From the NCBI GenBank assembly GCA_004431415.1, contig QPMI01000689.1, forward strand, positions 1 to 64,000: a DNA stretch of 64,000 nt. The letters are read 5' to 3'. The translations under genes were made by a program, and so were the position numbers. Within the stretch, counting starts at the first letter, position 1, and every line of letters begins with the position of its first letter. This document shows positions 1-11,912 of this stretch, in pieces. Below the pieces are notes generated by a model that ran no database searches, had not been told where the DNA came from, and saw only the letters and a program-made list of their open reading frames with translations. This DNA comes from Cyanophora paradoxa CCMP329 (Eukaryota > Plantae > Glaucophyta).

Positions 1-1314
1 ACGTCGACCTTGCCCATGGCGCCGAGCTCGAGCTTCAAGCCTCAAGGCCTACAATTGCAAGCCCTTGAATTCGAAGCTAACGCTGCCAGGCTGCCTTGGA
101 CGACGGTTTTCTTGAGGTTTAGATATAGTATCATATAGAAGCTTATGCACGCGTACGCAGTCTAGTAACGCAGAACGCGGCGCGCTTCCGAAGTTCCGAA
201 GTTCGAATTAATTCCTGCCAGAGTCGACGACTCGACGTACTACTCCGAGGGCCCGAGGGCCGAGACTCGCGGCCGAGTACGGACTCCGGAGTCTACGTAT
301 ACCGTAGTACGTGCGGCGGTGGGCCGCGGGCCGCGCGCCGCGGCCCGCGGCCCGGCGCGCGCGGCGCGCGTACTCGCGACTCAGAGTCGCGAGTCGCGAT
401 CGTGGCCATGGCCGCCCTCATGATCACTGCAGTGACAGTGCAGTCTGCAGCTGAGTCGCCGACTACTAGTACCCAAGTTCAACGGTTGCGAGTTCATGGC
501 ACTTGCCGCAGGCATGGCATGGCCCGATCGAATATTTTCTGCTGGGAATCATGGCACCGGTTTTTCATCATTTTTTATGACGCCGTGACGCGTATGAGCC
601 GGCGTATCTTCTCAGCCCGTCCAGAAACTTAGACCAGCCCGGGTACCGGATCAGCGTGAAGATGAATCGGAAATTCAGCCTCCCTCGACCTCAGCTAGCG
701 CTGCAGGATGCCTGCTGGCAGGCTGCTGCTTGTGCGCATACCACTGATGATACCGGTATCAGTACTGGATCCGCCGGGCCGCGGAGGCTCGAGCAGGCTA
801 CAGCTGCTGGCACCGGGCAGCGCCGCAGCGGTACTGTTTAGCGGGACGGCCCGGGCCGGCGGGGCGCCGGCAGGCTCTTCGGATTCGCCGGCGCTGCAGC
901 TGGCCATGGCCATGGGCGGGCCGCGGCCGGGGCGGGCCGGGCTTGGGGCCTTGGGCCAGCAGGGGCCGAGGGCCGGATCTAGATATTCTGACTGTTGATC
1001 GAGGGGCCGGCCGCCGGGCGCCGGGACTCGGGAGCGCTTGAGAGGGCTTACGCGGTGGCCAATGGCCAGTGGCACGATCGAAGTGGCCGGCGGGAGGGCG
1101 CAGGCCGACGTCGGGGGACCGCATGAACTGCAGCATGCGGCGATGCATATGAATGCGCGCCGACCATGAGGAGCGGCCACATGAAGGTGGAATTCGAAAG
1201 GAAGCGGCGAGTGGGCCGCCGGGCCTGGGGCCGCCGGCAGCGGCCTCAGCGGATCCGGAGGGGTGGGCGTGGGGGGTGGGTGGGGTGGGGGGTGGGGGGG
1301 GGGGGGGGGGGGGG

Positions 1315-1950
1315 GGCAGGCCGAGGAGGTCGGCGAGGTGGCAGCCGCCGGGCCGGGCGAGCAGCCGCGCCGCCCGCGCCATCTCCTTCTGCAGGCGCCC
1401 CTGCGTCTCCCGCTCCAGCGTCCGCGCCACGTCCACGTCCACCTGCGGGGGGGAGGGCGTGGGGGAGGAGGGGTTGGGGCGGGGGGGGGGGGTACCTCGA
1501 AGGGGTCGGGGACGGCGAGGCGCCAGCTGGGGTACCGGTTCGGCGCGAATCGGCTCTTCTCAAAGAAGCCGCCGATCGCGAGCCGCACGCTCGCGACGTA
1601 CTGCGCGCGGGGTACGATGAGAGCCGGCGCCGTGCGCGCGGAGATGGGGAGAAAGGAGGGGGTAGACCTGCCTTGGTGTGGCTGAAATTAAAGGGCCCTG
1701 CCCCGAGTAGCACGCAAAGACCTCCGCCTGCGGAGAGAATCAGGATCCAGCGTGGGGCGGGCCGGGGGTACGGGGCGGGACTCCCGGTGACTCGCCTGCA
1801 GGAGCGCCAGGCCGCTGTACCCGTCCACTTCGGGCCCCCTGTGGGCGAGCCACGCCCCCACCATCTGTGCCGAGACGATCCTGGGGGGAAGGGGAGAGGG
1901 GCGGAGACGGGGGGGGGGGGGGGGGGCGTGTGTTGAGGGGCCTCGCGGGA
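1315..1950 (-). pseudogene. 5'-truncated inverted copy of the 3' catalytic-region exons of the TUTase-like gene at 30642-33626, introns retained
   Basis: Encodes GGFFEKSRFAPNRYPSWRLAVPDPFE and VDVDVARTLERETQGRLQKEMARAARLL, near-identical to 31750-32340. Homology starts abruptly at TCCCGCGAGG (~1950) and the NTase GS..SDLD exon is absent. Confidence 0.8.
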
Positions 1951-2192
1951 AGCTTAAGCGAAGGGACGAAGGGGGGTGAAGGGAGGGGGAATTCGGGGAG
2001 ATTGAAGCCTAGTAAGTGCCGGGAACTTCAATCTGTAGCCCCCCTCGCTGGCCCCGGTGCGATCCCCCCTCGGGCTCCAGTGATTACTCAGCAATTCGAA
2101 CATAACGGGCGGCTCTAGACCGGTACCCAGGCACGTCAGCCATGGCGCTAGGGACTGGGCGCATTCGGGAGGCCTAAAGACAGCCTGGCTGC

Positions 2193-3730
2193 CTAGTCCG
2201 ACCCGCTGCCCGACTTGCGGCCCTTCTTCTTGCTGTGCTTCTTGCGCTTCTTCTTGTCCTTGCGCCGCTTGCGCTTCTTGCGGTCCTCCTCGCTAGAGCT
2301 GCTGGAGCTGCTGCTGCTGCTGCTGGAGCTGTCGCTGTCGCTGCCCGAGGAGCGCCGGCTACGCTTCTTCTTCTTCTTCTTCTTGTCCTTCTCCTCCTTC
2401 CGGTCCCTGCTCTTGTCTGTCCGGCCGGCCGCGAACGACGACGGTCAGGCGGGCGGCCCGGGCGCCGGCGCGGGCGGGCGGGCGGGCGGGCGGGGGCGTA
2501 CCCCTTCCCTTGGAAGACTTCTCGTCTCTCTCGCCCCGAGACTTCGATTCGGCGGGCCGGTCCGCCTCGGCAGCGCTCCTGGCGAGTGCGTTGCGAGTGA
2601 GGAGGCGCGCAGAGGCGCGAGAGCGTTCATTCGGGCCCCGCGAACCTGCCGCGGTCGTCCGACCTCGAAGCCACCTCGCGCCGCTCCTCGCGCCCTCCGT
2701 CCCGATCGTCGCGGCGGCTCCGCTCACGCTCCCGATCCCGATCTGCACCGCCGCGTAAGGGCCCGGGACAGGGCGGGGCGGGGCGGGGCGGGGGCGGGCT
2801 CTAGGCCTCACCAGAGCGGTCTCTGTCGTCGTCGCGGCGCCTGTCGCGGTCGCCATCGCGCTCCCGCTCCCGCTCGCGCTCGCGATCCCGATCGCGGTCA
2901 CGCTCCCGGTCACGATCCCGATCCCGGTCCCGCTCGCGGTCCCGCTCGCGGTCCTTGTCTCGATCGCTGCGGGCGGCCGGCGGGGCGCGAGACGGAGGCA
3001 GCTCCTTCTTCCGTGCGGCTGCTCGAAACGAAGAAATGAGCAGTGAGATCGGAGTGGTATCCCGCGCGGCAGGAAATGGCAGAGGAGAGCCTGCAGAAGA
3101 GGAGGGAATGGCGCACCCGCCGCGGACGCGTCCGACTCGCTGTCGCTGCTCGACGAAGACGAGTCCTCGGAGTCAGATTCCGAGCTGGTGCTAGAAACTG
3201 AGGCAGCCTCGTCGCCGCTCTGCGGCTTCTGCACGACGGGCTTCAGGTGGTTCCGGCACTGGAACGTGAGGTGGCCAACTGCGCGCACGCGCGGTCATTC
3301 AGTGATCGGAGCAGGCGTTCGCATTGCTCATTGGGGCTCGCGCGACGCATGGCGGACCTCCGCCGCATTTCTTGCAGGTGGAGCGATTTGCGGCGTTCGG
3401 GTCCTTGGTCCCGCTCAGGCGCACGAGCTCAAGGAGTGCCTTCTGATTCTCGTACACGTTTCCAGCGCCGCTGTCCTCCTGTTTCCCCGCCGCGTACGGA
3501 TCGTAGCCGATCGCAGTTTGCTGCGGGCAATCGTCTGTCAGCGCAGCGCAGCGTGGATAGAAGGAAACACACAGCGACTCTCACCCAAATTCCGTGCGTC
3601 TGGAGTGCCGCCGACGAGTGCACGCCTGCGGAAAGCGAGGCGTCAGATGTGCCGGTTCTAGAAGCCGCGGGGTTACTGGATGGGAGCGAGAGAGGAGCGC
3701 GGACGCACGGTTGCCCTCTGGCATACGCAT
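2193..3730 (-). CDS. CXIP4: CAX-interacting protein 4 / SREK1IP1-like zinc-knuckle RS-rich splicing-associated protein (multi-exon)
   Basis: Spliced reading MRMPEGNR|VHSSAALQTHGIW|QTAIGYDPYA...CKKCGG|VGHLTFQCRNH matches the recalled plant CXIP4 N-terminus and CCHC knuckle. RD/RS/K-rich tail ends GSGSD* (TAG 2193-2195). Confidence 0.9.
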
Positions 3731-3813
3731 TTTCGCGTTTTCGAGGCTAAGGCCTGCAGCCTCTGAAGTGCGGCCGTACCCTCCGACCAGAGAAAAAAGC
3801 CCACAACCGGCGA
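3731..3813. promoter_or_regulatory. Very short putative bidirectional promoter between CXIP4-like and PTB-like genes
   Basis: Divergent ATGs at 3730 (-) and 3814 (+), 83 bp apart. Confidence 0.6.
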
Positions 3814-6800
3814 ATGTACGGCGCGCCAGGAGGTCCGGGCGGAGGGCCTCCCGGTTACATGTGCGTTCTCCGGCCTCGAGCCGCTATGGCCCTCGCGCTC
3901 ACGCGCGATCGCCGCAGAAAGGGGAAGCGGCCCGCGGATGGCCCGCCGCCGCGCTACGATGGCGGCTACGGAGGACCTCCCTACGGTGGAGCTCCTCCTC
4001 CGCCGAACGTCCCTCCCCCCGCGTACGGCCCTGGCTACCAAAACAGCCAGCAGCAGCCGCCCCAGAAGCGAGCTCGGACCGGCCCGCCCGCCGCCGCGGG
4101 GCCGGAGCCCACGCCATCAAAGGTGTTGCACGTGCGAAATCTGCCTGCGAACTGCACGGAGCAGGAGATCGGGCAGTTCATCGGGCAGTTCGGGACCGTG
4201 GTGACGATCCTCGTGCTCCGCGGCAAAAACCAGGGTGCGCCGCGTTTCGACTCACCGCGCGTGGTTGTTGGCCTAATCCGAGCGCGCAGCGTTCGTCGAG
4301 ATGACCGACGTGGAGACGGCCCGCTATGTGTACGACTACCATCGGAACCAGCGCGGCTCGATTCGGTGCGGCGATCGGGGATTCTCTCGCACCCCTTTCT
4401 GACCCCTCTGCAGCGGACAGCACGTGTACTTCGGTTTCTCCGAACGAGACTCGATCTCCATCCCGGCCCAGCACGCGAAGGTCCGTCTGCACGGCGAAGC
4501 GCCGGTGTGCGTTCCCTGCGCCGACCTTCCGCGCTGTCCGCAGGAGGCGGAAAGGCCGTGCCGCACGCTGCTCGTGTCGGTGTCGAATTTGAAATACCCG
4601 GTGACGATCGACGCGCTCTACCAGGTCTTCCAGAAGTTCGGCTACGTGCAGCGCATCGTGCAGTTCACGCGCGCCGGTGAGGCCTCTCGCACCTCGCTTC
4701 CGGGTTCTTTCTCGGCTTCGCTTCGTTCATTCATTCGGCGTCGCGCATTTCTTTTCCTCATTTCCGGTCCCCTTTTCTCTTCCACCTGGGCGTCTCGACT
4801 TTCGCTTTCCATCTTCAGGCGAGTACCATGCTCTCATTCAGTTTGCTGATATCAACGCCGCGACTGAGGCAAAGTCGGTCCGTTCTCTTCGTTCTCTTTC
4901 CGGGCGCCGAGCGCCCCTTTCCCCCCCAGCCTGCACGTCGACACGAGAACTCTTGAGCGTAGCTTGCGGTGACGTGTAAGCTGTGTTCTAGCGGTTTAGC
5001 TAGCGCGTAGACTTCGCAGCTATTGCAGTAGCTCGTCGGCAGCGTTCTCTTCCCGCCTGCGCCGAGCTCGGCCGCCCGCGCCCCTCGCTCTGACGCCGGC
5101 TCCAGAAAATCGACGGGCAGAACATCTACACCGGATGCTGCACGCTGAAGATTAGCTTCGCGTCCTTCGCTTTCGTCCATGTCCGGTACGACTCGGAGTC
5201 CCAGCGGTGCGCGCCGCCCCCGCCACTCGCCGCCGTTCCCCGCCGCCGGCCTCGGGCCTCACCTCCCGCGCAGGGACTACGCCAGGCAAGGGGAGCCGTA
5301 CGGCCCGCCGCCCGGCGCCGACCCCGCCAGTGCGCCTGCCCTCGCTCGCTCGCTCGCCCGGATTCCGACGCTCGCCCCGCCCGCAGGCTTCCTGGCTGTG
5401 ACCGCGGCCTCCATGCCCGGAGTGCTCTCGCCGGACCCCCAGATCCAGGCGGCCCAGATCGCCGCCGCCACCCAGGCCGTCCGCCACGCCCTCAACAGTG
5501 CGTCCCTTCCGCCGTTCCTCCGCCCGTCTCCGCCGCGCGCGTCCGACCTTGTTCGTGTGCTCAGCGATGGGCGGCGGCGCGCCTCCTCCCCCTCCCCCGC
5601 CGCACGGCGGCCCGCACCCCCCGCCGCCCCCCCACTACCACGGCCACGGCCCCCCTCCGCCCCCGCACCACGGCCACGGCTACCCCCCTCCCCCGCCTCC
5701 GCAGCCCTACTACCCCCCTCCGCACGCCCCTCCCCCGCCCTACGGCCCGCCTCCCCCGGGGTACGGCCCGCCGCCGCCGGGCCCGCCGGGCTACCACCCC
5801 GGGAGCGGCATCGCGGCGCCCGTCACCACGGGCGCTGGCTGCGTTCTCCTCATCAACAACCTGCCCCGAAACGTGAGCGGAGCGCAGCGCCCCTTCCGCC
5901 CTTCCGTTCGCCCGCCAACCTTTTCGGGGCACGCGCGCAGGCCGGCGTGAACCCGGATCAAATCTCGACGCTCTTCGGCGTGTACGGGGACGTCATGCGC
6001 GTCAAGATCCTCTTCTCCAACCCCGAGTCGGCCCTCGTCCAGATGGCCAACTCCCAGCAAGCGTGCGCTCGCCTCTTTGAACTGAAGTCTAGAATCGCGG
6101 GGACACGGGCGCGGGCACTGGCCCGGCGGGCTCTCATAGTGATGATCGGTGATATATCTTAGGACACCTTCGGACGCGGACTGCCCTCCGCGGGTGAGAT
6201 GAAATCGCCCCAGTCTGATCGAGAGAGCGCGCGCGCCCCGCGCGCCGTCCCCCGCCCCGCCCCGCCCCGCCGCTCCTCTTCTCGCCGGCGCAGCGCGTGA
6301 CCTCTACCCCGCCCGCCGGCCCCGCGCAGGGAGGTGGCGCGGCAGCACCTGGACGGCGTACCCGTCTACGGCAACCGCGTCAAGGTCTCCCTCTCGAAGC
6401 ACCGCGAAGTCTCCCTGCCGAAGCCGGGCCAGCCCGACTACGTGCGCCCGCGCGCGGCCCTCGAGCCCGACCGACCGGCCGCCCCGCCCCGCCCCGCCCG
6501 GCCTCACGGGAGCCGCGCGCGCACGCAGGAGCACCAGCACCTCACGAAGGACTTCTCGAGCAGCACCCTGCACCGCTTCAAGCAGCCCGGCTCCAAGAAC
6601 TACAGCAACATCTGGTGCGGCGGTGTCCTGCCTACCCGGCGTAGCCTATAGCTGAGCTGTGGTGCGGGCAGCCCGCCGAGCGCCGGGCTGCACGTCTCGA
6701 ACATCGCGACGGGGGCGACGGAGGAGGAGATCAAGGGCCTCTTCGCGCGGCACGGGCGCATCGTCAGCTTCCGCTTCATGAAGTGCGTCGGGTTCGGCTC

Positions 6801-8747
6801 CGCGCGGGCCCGTTTTCCTCGTTTCGGGTTTCGGGTTTCGGGCGGGGCGTGCGGGCGGGCCTTGGGTTTGGGTTGGGCCTCTCGAGCACGCGCCCGGTCA
6901 GTGATGATCGGTGACATATCTTAGGACACCTTCGGACGCGGATTGCCCTCCGCGGGTGAGATGGAATCGCCCCAGTCTGATCCGAGCGCGTGCTTTTTAT
7001 CCTTAGCAAGGATAGGTGGCTTTTCTCTAAATCTCTAGGCCGGGTGCTCATTCAGTGATGATCGGTGACATATCTTAGGACACCTTCGGACGCGGATTGC
7101 CCTCCGCGGGTGAGATGGAATCGCCCCAGTCTGATCTCTGAGCACGCTTTTTCTATAGTGGGACTAGATGGCTTTTCTCTAAATCTCTAGGCCGGGTGCT
7201 CATTCAGTGATGATCGGTGACATATCTTAGGACACCTTCGGACGCGGATTGCCCTCCGCGGGTGAGATGGAATCGCCCCAGTCTGATCTCTGAGCACGCT
7301 TTTTCTATAGTGGGGCTAGATGGCTTTTCTCTAAATCTCTAGGCCGGGTGCTCATTCAGTGATGATCGGTGACATATCTTAGGACACCTTCGGACGCGGA
7401 TTGCCCTCCGCGGGTGAGATGGAATCGCCCCAGTCTGATCTCTGAGCACGCTTTTTCTATAGTGGGGCTAGATGGCTTTTCTCTAAATCTCTAGGCCGGG
7501 TGCTCATTCAGTGATGATCGGTGACATATCTTAGGACACCTTCGGACGCGGACTGCCCTCCGCGGGTGAGATGGAATCGCCCCAGTCTGATCATTGAGCA
7601 CATGCCTTCTTTGGGTTCTTTGGGCTTCCCGTTTCCCTCCTTTCCTACCGTCTCCTTGCGCCCCGCGATCTCTGGTCTCTCCACTGACCCCGCTCGCCTC
7701 CCCTTCCCCCCTTCGCAGGTCCGAGAAAAGGATGGCGCTGTTGACTATGGACAGCCTCTCGGCTGCCGTCGTTGCCCTGATCCACACGCGTGAGCCCCGC
7801 CCGCCCGCCCTCCCCGCTCGGACGGACCTGCGGGCGGGCGGGCCTCACCTGAGCGCCCCGCAGACAATGCGAGGATAGGGGACCTAAACCTCCGCGTTTC
7901 ATTCTCGAAGTCTACCCCCCCGGAGGCCCAGGGGCGCCCCCCCGGCGGCAGCGGCGGCGGCGGCGGGCCAGGCGGACCCCCGCCCTCCCAGGGGTACGGC
8001 GGCGGCGGACCCTCGCAGGGGTACGGCGGCGGCGGTCCACCCCCGCACGAGTACCGGAGCCCGCCCCCGCAAGCGTACAGCGGCGGCCCTCCCCCGCAGG
8101 GGTACAGCAGCGGCGGGCCCCCGCAGGGTTACAGCGGCGGCGGGCCTCCACAAGGGTACAGCAGCGGCGGGCCCCAGCAGGGGTACAGCAGCGGCGGGCC
8201 CCAGCAGGGGTACAGCGGCGGCTCGTCCCAGCAGGGGTACAGTGGCGGCCCGCCCCAGCAGGGGTACAGCGGCGGCCCGCCCCAGCAGGGGTACAGCAGC
8301 AGCGGGCCCCCGCGGGATTCCTACGGCGGCGGCGCCCCGCGGGAGCAGTACGGCGGAGGGGGCCGGGCCTCGCACTCCGGGGGCGGCGGCCGGCCTTCCG
8401 GGCCGCCCTCCGGGGGAGGCGGGGTCGGCGTCGTTTTGGCGGGATCGGGCAAGGGGCCCTGGCTCGGGGCTACCCCGGGCTCTTCTTCATCCCCCCCCTC
8501 GGCGAGCCCGGCACCGGCGCCGCCGCCGGCGCCGGCGCCCGCGCCGGTACCCCCCCGGGACCCTTACGCGGAGCGGAGGCGGGGTCGCGACGAGGACGAG
8601 GAGCGGGAGGAGCGGGAGGGACGGACGACGCCCGTACCCCAGCCCGGCGAGTTCCCGGACGAGTACGGGTCCCGCCAGACCCCGCCGCACGACGGGCCCG
8701 GCGAAGGGGGGTACCCGGACTACTCGGACGAGTACACGCCCTCTTAG
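3814..8747 (+). CDS. Polypyrimidine tract-binding protein / hnRNP L-like 4-RRM protein with Pro/His/Tyr linker and C-terminal QGYS low-complexity tail (multi-exon)
   Basis: PSKVLHVRNLP; VTIDALYQVFQKFGYVQRIV; IDGQNIYTGCCTLKISF; LFGVYGDVMRVKIL; KDFSSSTLHRFKQPGSKNYSNI; LHVSNI; NLRVSFSKS. The last exon (from 7864) stays in frame to TAG at 8745-8747. Confidence 0.92.
6139..6218 (+). ncRNA. Intronic box C/D snoRNA, copy 1 (U58-type D' guide plus U31/snR67-type D guide)
   Basis: Box C GTGATGA 6139; guide ATCTTAGGACACCT then CGGA (D'); guide CGCCCCAGT then CTGA 6215-6218; terminal stem CTCTC/GAGAG. Confidence 0.88.
6901..6980 (+). ncRNA. Intronic box C/D snoRNA, copy 2
   Basis: Same C box, guides and D box; terminal stem CACGCGC/GCGCGTG. 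Confidence 0.88.
7055..7134 (+). ncRNA. Intronic box C/D snoRNA, copy 3
   Basis: Same core; terminal stem GTGCTCA/TGAGCAC. Confidence 0.88.
7207..7286 (+). ncRNA. Intronic box C/D snoRNA, copy 4
   Basis: Same core; 152-bp period. Confidence 0.85.
7359..7438 (+). ncRNA. Intronic box C/D snoRNA, copy 5
   Basis: Same core; 152-bp period. Confidence 0.85.
7511..7590 (+). ncRNA. Intronic box C/D snoRNA, copy 6
   Basis: Same core; stem GTGCTCA/TGAGCAC; carries the GGACTG variant shared with copy 1. Confidence 0.88.
7985..8330 (+). repeat. Coding ~24-bp minisatellite encoding (P/Q)QGYS(S/G)GGP repeats
   Basis: Repeated CAGGGGTACAGC(A/G)GCGGC units in the PTB terminal exon. Confidence 0.9.
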
Positions 8748-8785
8748 TATTAGTAGTAGTAGTAGTAGCAACAGCAGAGAGGAGA

Positions 8786-10229
8786 TCAAATTCGATTTGC
8801 ACGCGGGCGAATCACAAGGCGAGGAGGAGCAGAGGGAGGAGGGCAAGGAGAAGGGCGGGGAGGCGTGCGGAGGCGGCGGCGTCGGAGGTCTTCGTCTCGG
8901 GCACTGCGGAGGGGCGAGGCGCGGCGAAGAATCGGTAGGCCGACATGCCGATTTTGATGGGCGCGCAAATATGCATTTGCTTGCGCACCGGTGGGGGCGA
9001 CGGCGATGGTGGCGGCGGCGGCCATGGGGCGGGCGGCCGGCGTCGGGGCCAGGACTGCGCGCGGGGGCGGGCGGCGCTCAGGGAAAGAAGAGGCGGGTAC
9101 AGCGGTACACAGCGGCGGGGTACCGGAGTACGCGATGGAGTGGCGGATCTGGACGCCCGTCTGGATCTTCTGCCACAGGGGCGCCGTGTACGAGGCCTGC
9201 GGAGGGGGGTACGGGGTCAACGCGGGCTCAAGAGGGGGGTATAGCGAGGGCAAGGGGGGTACCTGCTCGGTCATGGAGCGGGTCATGGCGTAGTGGGAGG
9301 GGTCGTTCACGACGGCGACGCTCTCGCCGGCGTCCAGGGGGCAGCTGTGGAGGAAGAGGGTCGGATCCGAAGGCTTCGCCTTGGCTGCCGGCCCGCGTGA
9401 GAAGGAGCAGGGGGGGGGGAGGGGGGGGGGAAAGGGGTGGGGGGGGTGGGGGCGAGCGCACAGAAGACGACGCAGAAGTCGGCGCCCGGGGCGACGGAGA
9501 AGCTGGAGGGGAAGGAGACGGTGAAGTCGCGCCCGGGAGTGGAGGCCGACTCCAGCGGCGCGGAGACCTGCTCGGCGCCGGGCGCGCCGCCCACGAGGCT
9601 GTTCAGGTTGGGCGTGACCGCGCCCGACCCGTCCCGCGCCCCCGTCTGCGGGGGAGGATCAGGGCACAGAAACGCTCAGCGGCGGCCGCGGCCCGGCGAG
9701 CGCAGAGCCAAAGCGAGAGGCGCGCAAGCACCACGACGCGGACGGTGAAGGTCTGGCCGGCGGCGAAGGCCCCGTACCGGGCCGTGACGCTGTCGATGCG
9801 GATGGCGGTCGAGTTAACGTTGCGGTAGCACGCGCCGATGTGCTGCACGAAGGCCAGGTGCTGGAAGTCCGAGGGGCAGTCTCTCGGCGAGAGCGCGTCG
9901 TACGTGCCGCGCCCGATGGTCGCTGCTGCAGTGCGAGCGTGAGTGGCCATGGTTGGAGCGGCGGTTGCATTGGCCATGGGGGCCAAGCAGCCTGTGGCCT
10001 GGGCGGCGCTTATAGCTAAGATGTAGAGGCAATCGCTGGCACTGGCTATTGGTCGCTATATCGTTTGGCGAGGCCAGCGCGCGAAGGCTGGCGCTAGCCT
10101 AGTAGGCGGCAAGCAGCGGGCCGTTAGCGAGACGCCGGCAGCGCGGGTCGCACCCTGGGCGCTCGTCGAAACGAGGACAACAGCGAAGACGAACGCCGCC
10201 AAGGCGTGGCCGAGCTTGGAGCGAATCAT
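8786..10229 (-). CDS. Hypothetical secreted protein (multi-exon, ends uncertain)
   Basis: Signal-peptide-like MIRSKLGHALAAFVFAVVLVSTSAQG from ATG 10229. Coding-like exons GTYDALSPRDCPSDFQHLAFVQHIGACYRN, DFTVSFPSSFSVAPGADFCVVF and APLWQKIQTGVQIRHSIAY. Confidence 0.5.
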
Positions 10230-10555
10230 GGTCGGAGCTCGATCGGGATCGGGCCTCTCCACGAGTTCCAGACAACGAGCTGGGCGCTTCGAGCGGCCGG
10301 GAACGCCGCGACTGCAACGCGGATCGCTTGGCCTCCTGACTACGTACCCCTCTCCAGCCACAGCGGCACAGCCTGCCACAGCTGCAGGCCCAACTGTGGC
10401 CTAACAGTCGACCCAACTGCGCCTCGGCGGCCCAAGCTCGCTTCGATTCCGCAGTCTCTTGCAGTTTCGCCGGACGGAATCAGAGGGACGGATACGTGTA
10501 CGTATCGCCGCCGGCCGCGGGACCGATCACCGGAACGACTTCGACTGAATGAGCG

Positions 10556-11912
10556 ATGAACCAGTTTGCAGAGGGCATTCGCCGTAGACCAGGATGTGAC
10601 CTCGTTTCCCCGGCGCGACACGTCCAGCAGCAGCAGCATGTTTTCATCAGCTACCGCCGCAACGGCGGTGACGACCTTGCGCAACTGATCTATCGCGAGC
10701 TGCGTCGTCGGTGGTGCTCGCCTTAAGCTTGTGATATCGAAGCGTTACGTATGTATACCGGTACCGTAGGTATTCCGTCTTTCTGGATGTCAAGCAAATG
10801 ACGGCGGGCCACTTCGACGATAGGCTATTCATAGAGCTGCGCAACTCGTGCTGCGTCGTGCTCCTTCTTACAGCCTCCACGAACGAGAGGGGCGAGATCC
10901 TGTCGACGACCTTGGACCGGTGCAGGGGCGACATCGCTGGCAAGGACTGGCTTCACAAGGAGATCGTCGAAGCGCTCAAGAACAAAATCGTAAGCTGCTC
11001 GCGACTGCGATCAGCCGATCTGCTGCTCGTAATTTTACATTGAATCGGCTTCGCGCAGACGATTATCCCTGTCATGAAGGCGCCTTTTCGCATGCCGACT
11101 GAGGATCAGATGAACGAGTTTCCAGAACGAGTTTTTCCCGTGGGAGCACACTGTTCGTTCTACGTAAATCTGTGTAATCCTGTTCTGACCTCTGCGCAGC
11201 TGAGCGATGCGACCCTGGACTACCTCTGTAAATACATCCAGCAGGCGACACGGCAGAGGTGTGCTGTTTTGCGTATTGCCCCGGAGTCACTGGTACCTGA
11301 GCCAGCAGAAGTGGCCACGGTACCCTGCCCCCGCCTTCCCCCCCGCCTTCCCCCTCGCCTCCCTCCTGATTCGCGCAGGCGATGCTGGCGGCAGGGGGCG
11401 GCGGTAACGCAGAGCCCGAGACGCAGCAGGTGCCCGCCCCGCACGTGTCGGCTTGTCATACATCTCACCGCCCGCACGCTCCGCCGGCTCAGGCCGCGCA
11501 TGCGCAGTCACCGCCAGCGCCGCAGAAAGACTCGGTGCGCGTTGCCCCCGTGTGCTGCTCCGCATTCTCTGAAGCCCCTCTGAAGGAGCTCGAGCACTGG
11601 CGCTCGGAGGCTGCCCTCCTCCGCAAGGAGCGGGACGAAGCCCGCAACCTGGTCCGCGCTCGGCCCCTGCCTCTATCTCGGGCCGGGCCGCCTCAAATTC
11701 TCTTAAAGGTCTTGAAGATCCGGGGCGACGTCGGCGCGGCCGCGGACCCCGCCATCGCTGCCTGGGGGCCGGCAGCGGGCCCGGCCCGCGACCCCGGGCC
11801 CGCCCCGCCCGAAGCCCCGGTCGACGTCGCGGCGCCTTCTCTCGCTGCGCCACGGTCGCCGTACAAGGAGGAGGAAGGCGAAATCTTCAGCTTCGCGAAG
11901 CTCTACAAGTAA
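10556..11912 (+). CDS. SARM1-like TIR-domain protein (putative NAD+ hydrolase) with C-terminal linker and short coiled coil (multi-exon)
   Basis: Spliced HVFISYRRNGGDDLAQLIYRELRRR|YSVFLDVKQMTAGHFDDRL...VVLLLT...LDRCRGDIAGKDWLHKEIVEALKNKI|TIIPV parallels the recalled SARM1 TIR (DVFISYRR...VFIDVEKLEAGKFEDKL...LDKC...KDWVHKEIVTAL). Introns at ~10711/14-10769 and 10990-11058. Confidence 0.88.

Larger units (their letters stand above)
6901..7601 (+). repeat. Tandem array of ~152-154 bp units (snoRNA plus spacer), 5 copies, in one PTB intron
   Basis: C boxes at 6901, 7055, 7207, 7359 and 7511. Confidence 0.95.

Noticed and set aside
6901-7601. CRISPR-like array
   Set aside because: Spacers are near-identical, the conserved unit is 80 nt with C/D boxes, and there are no cas genes; it is a snoRNA tandem array.
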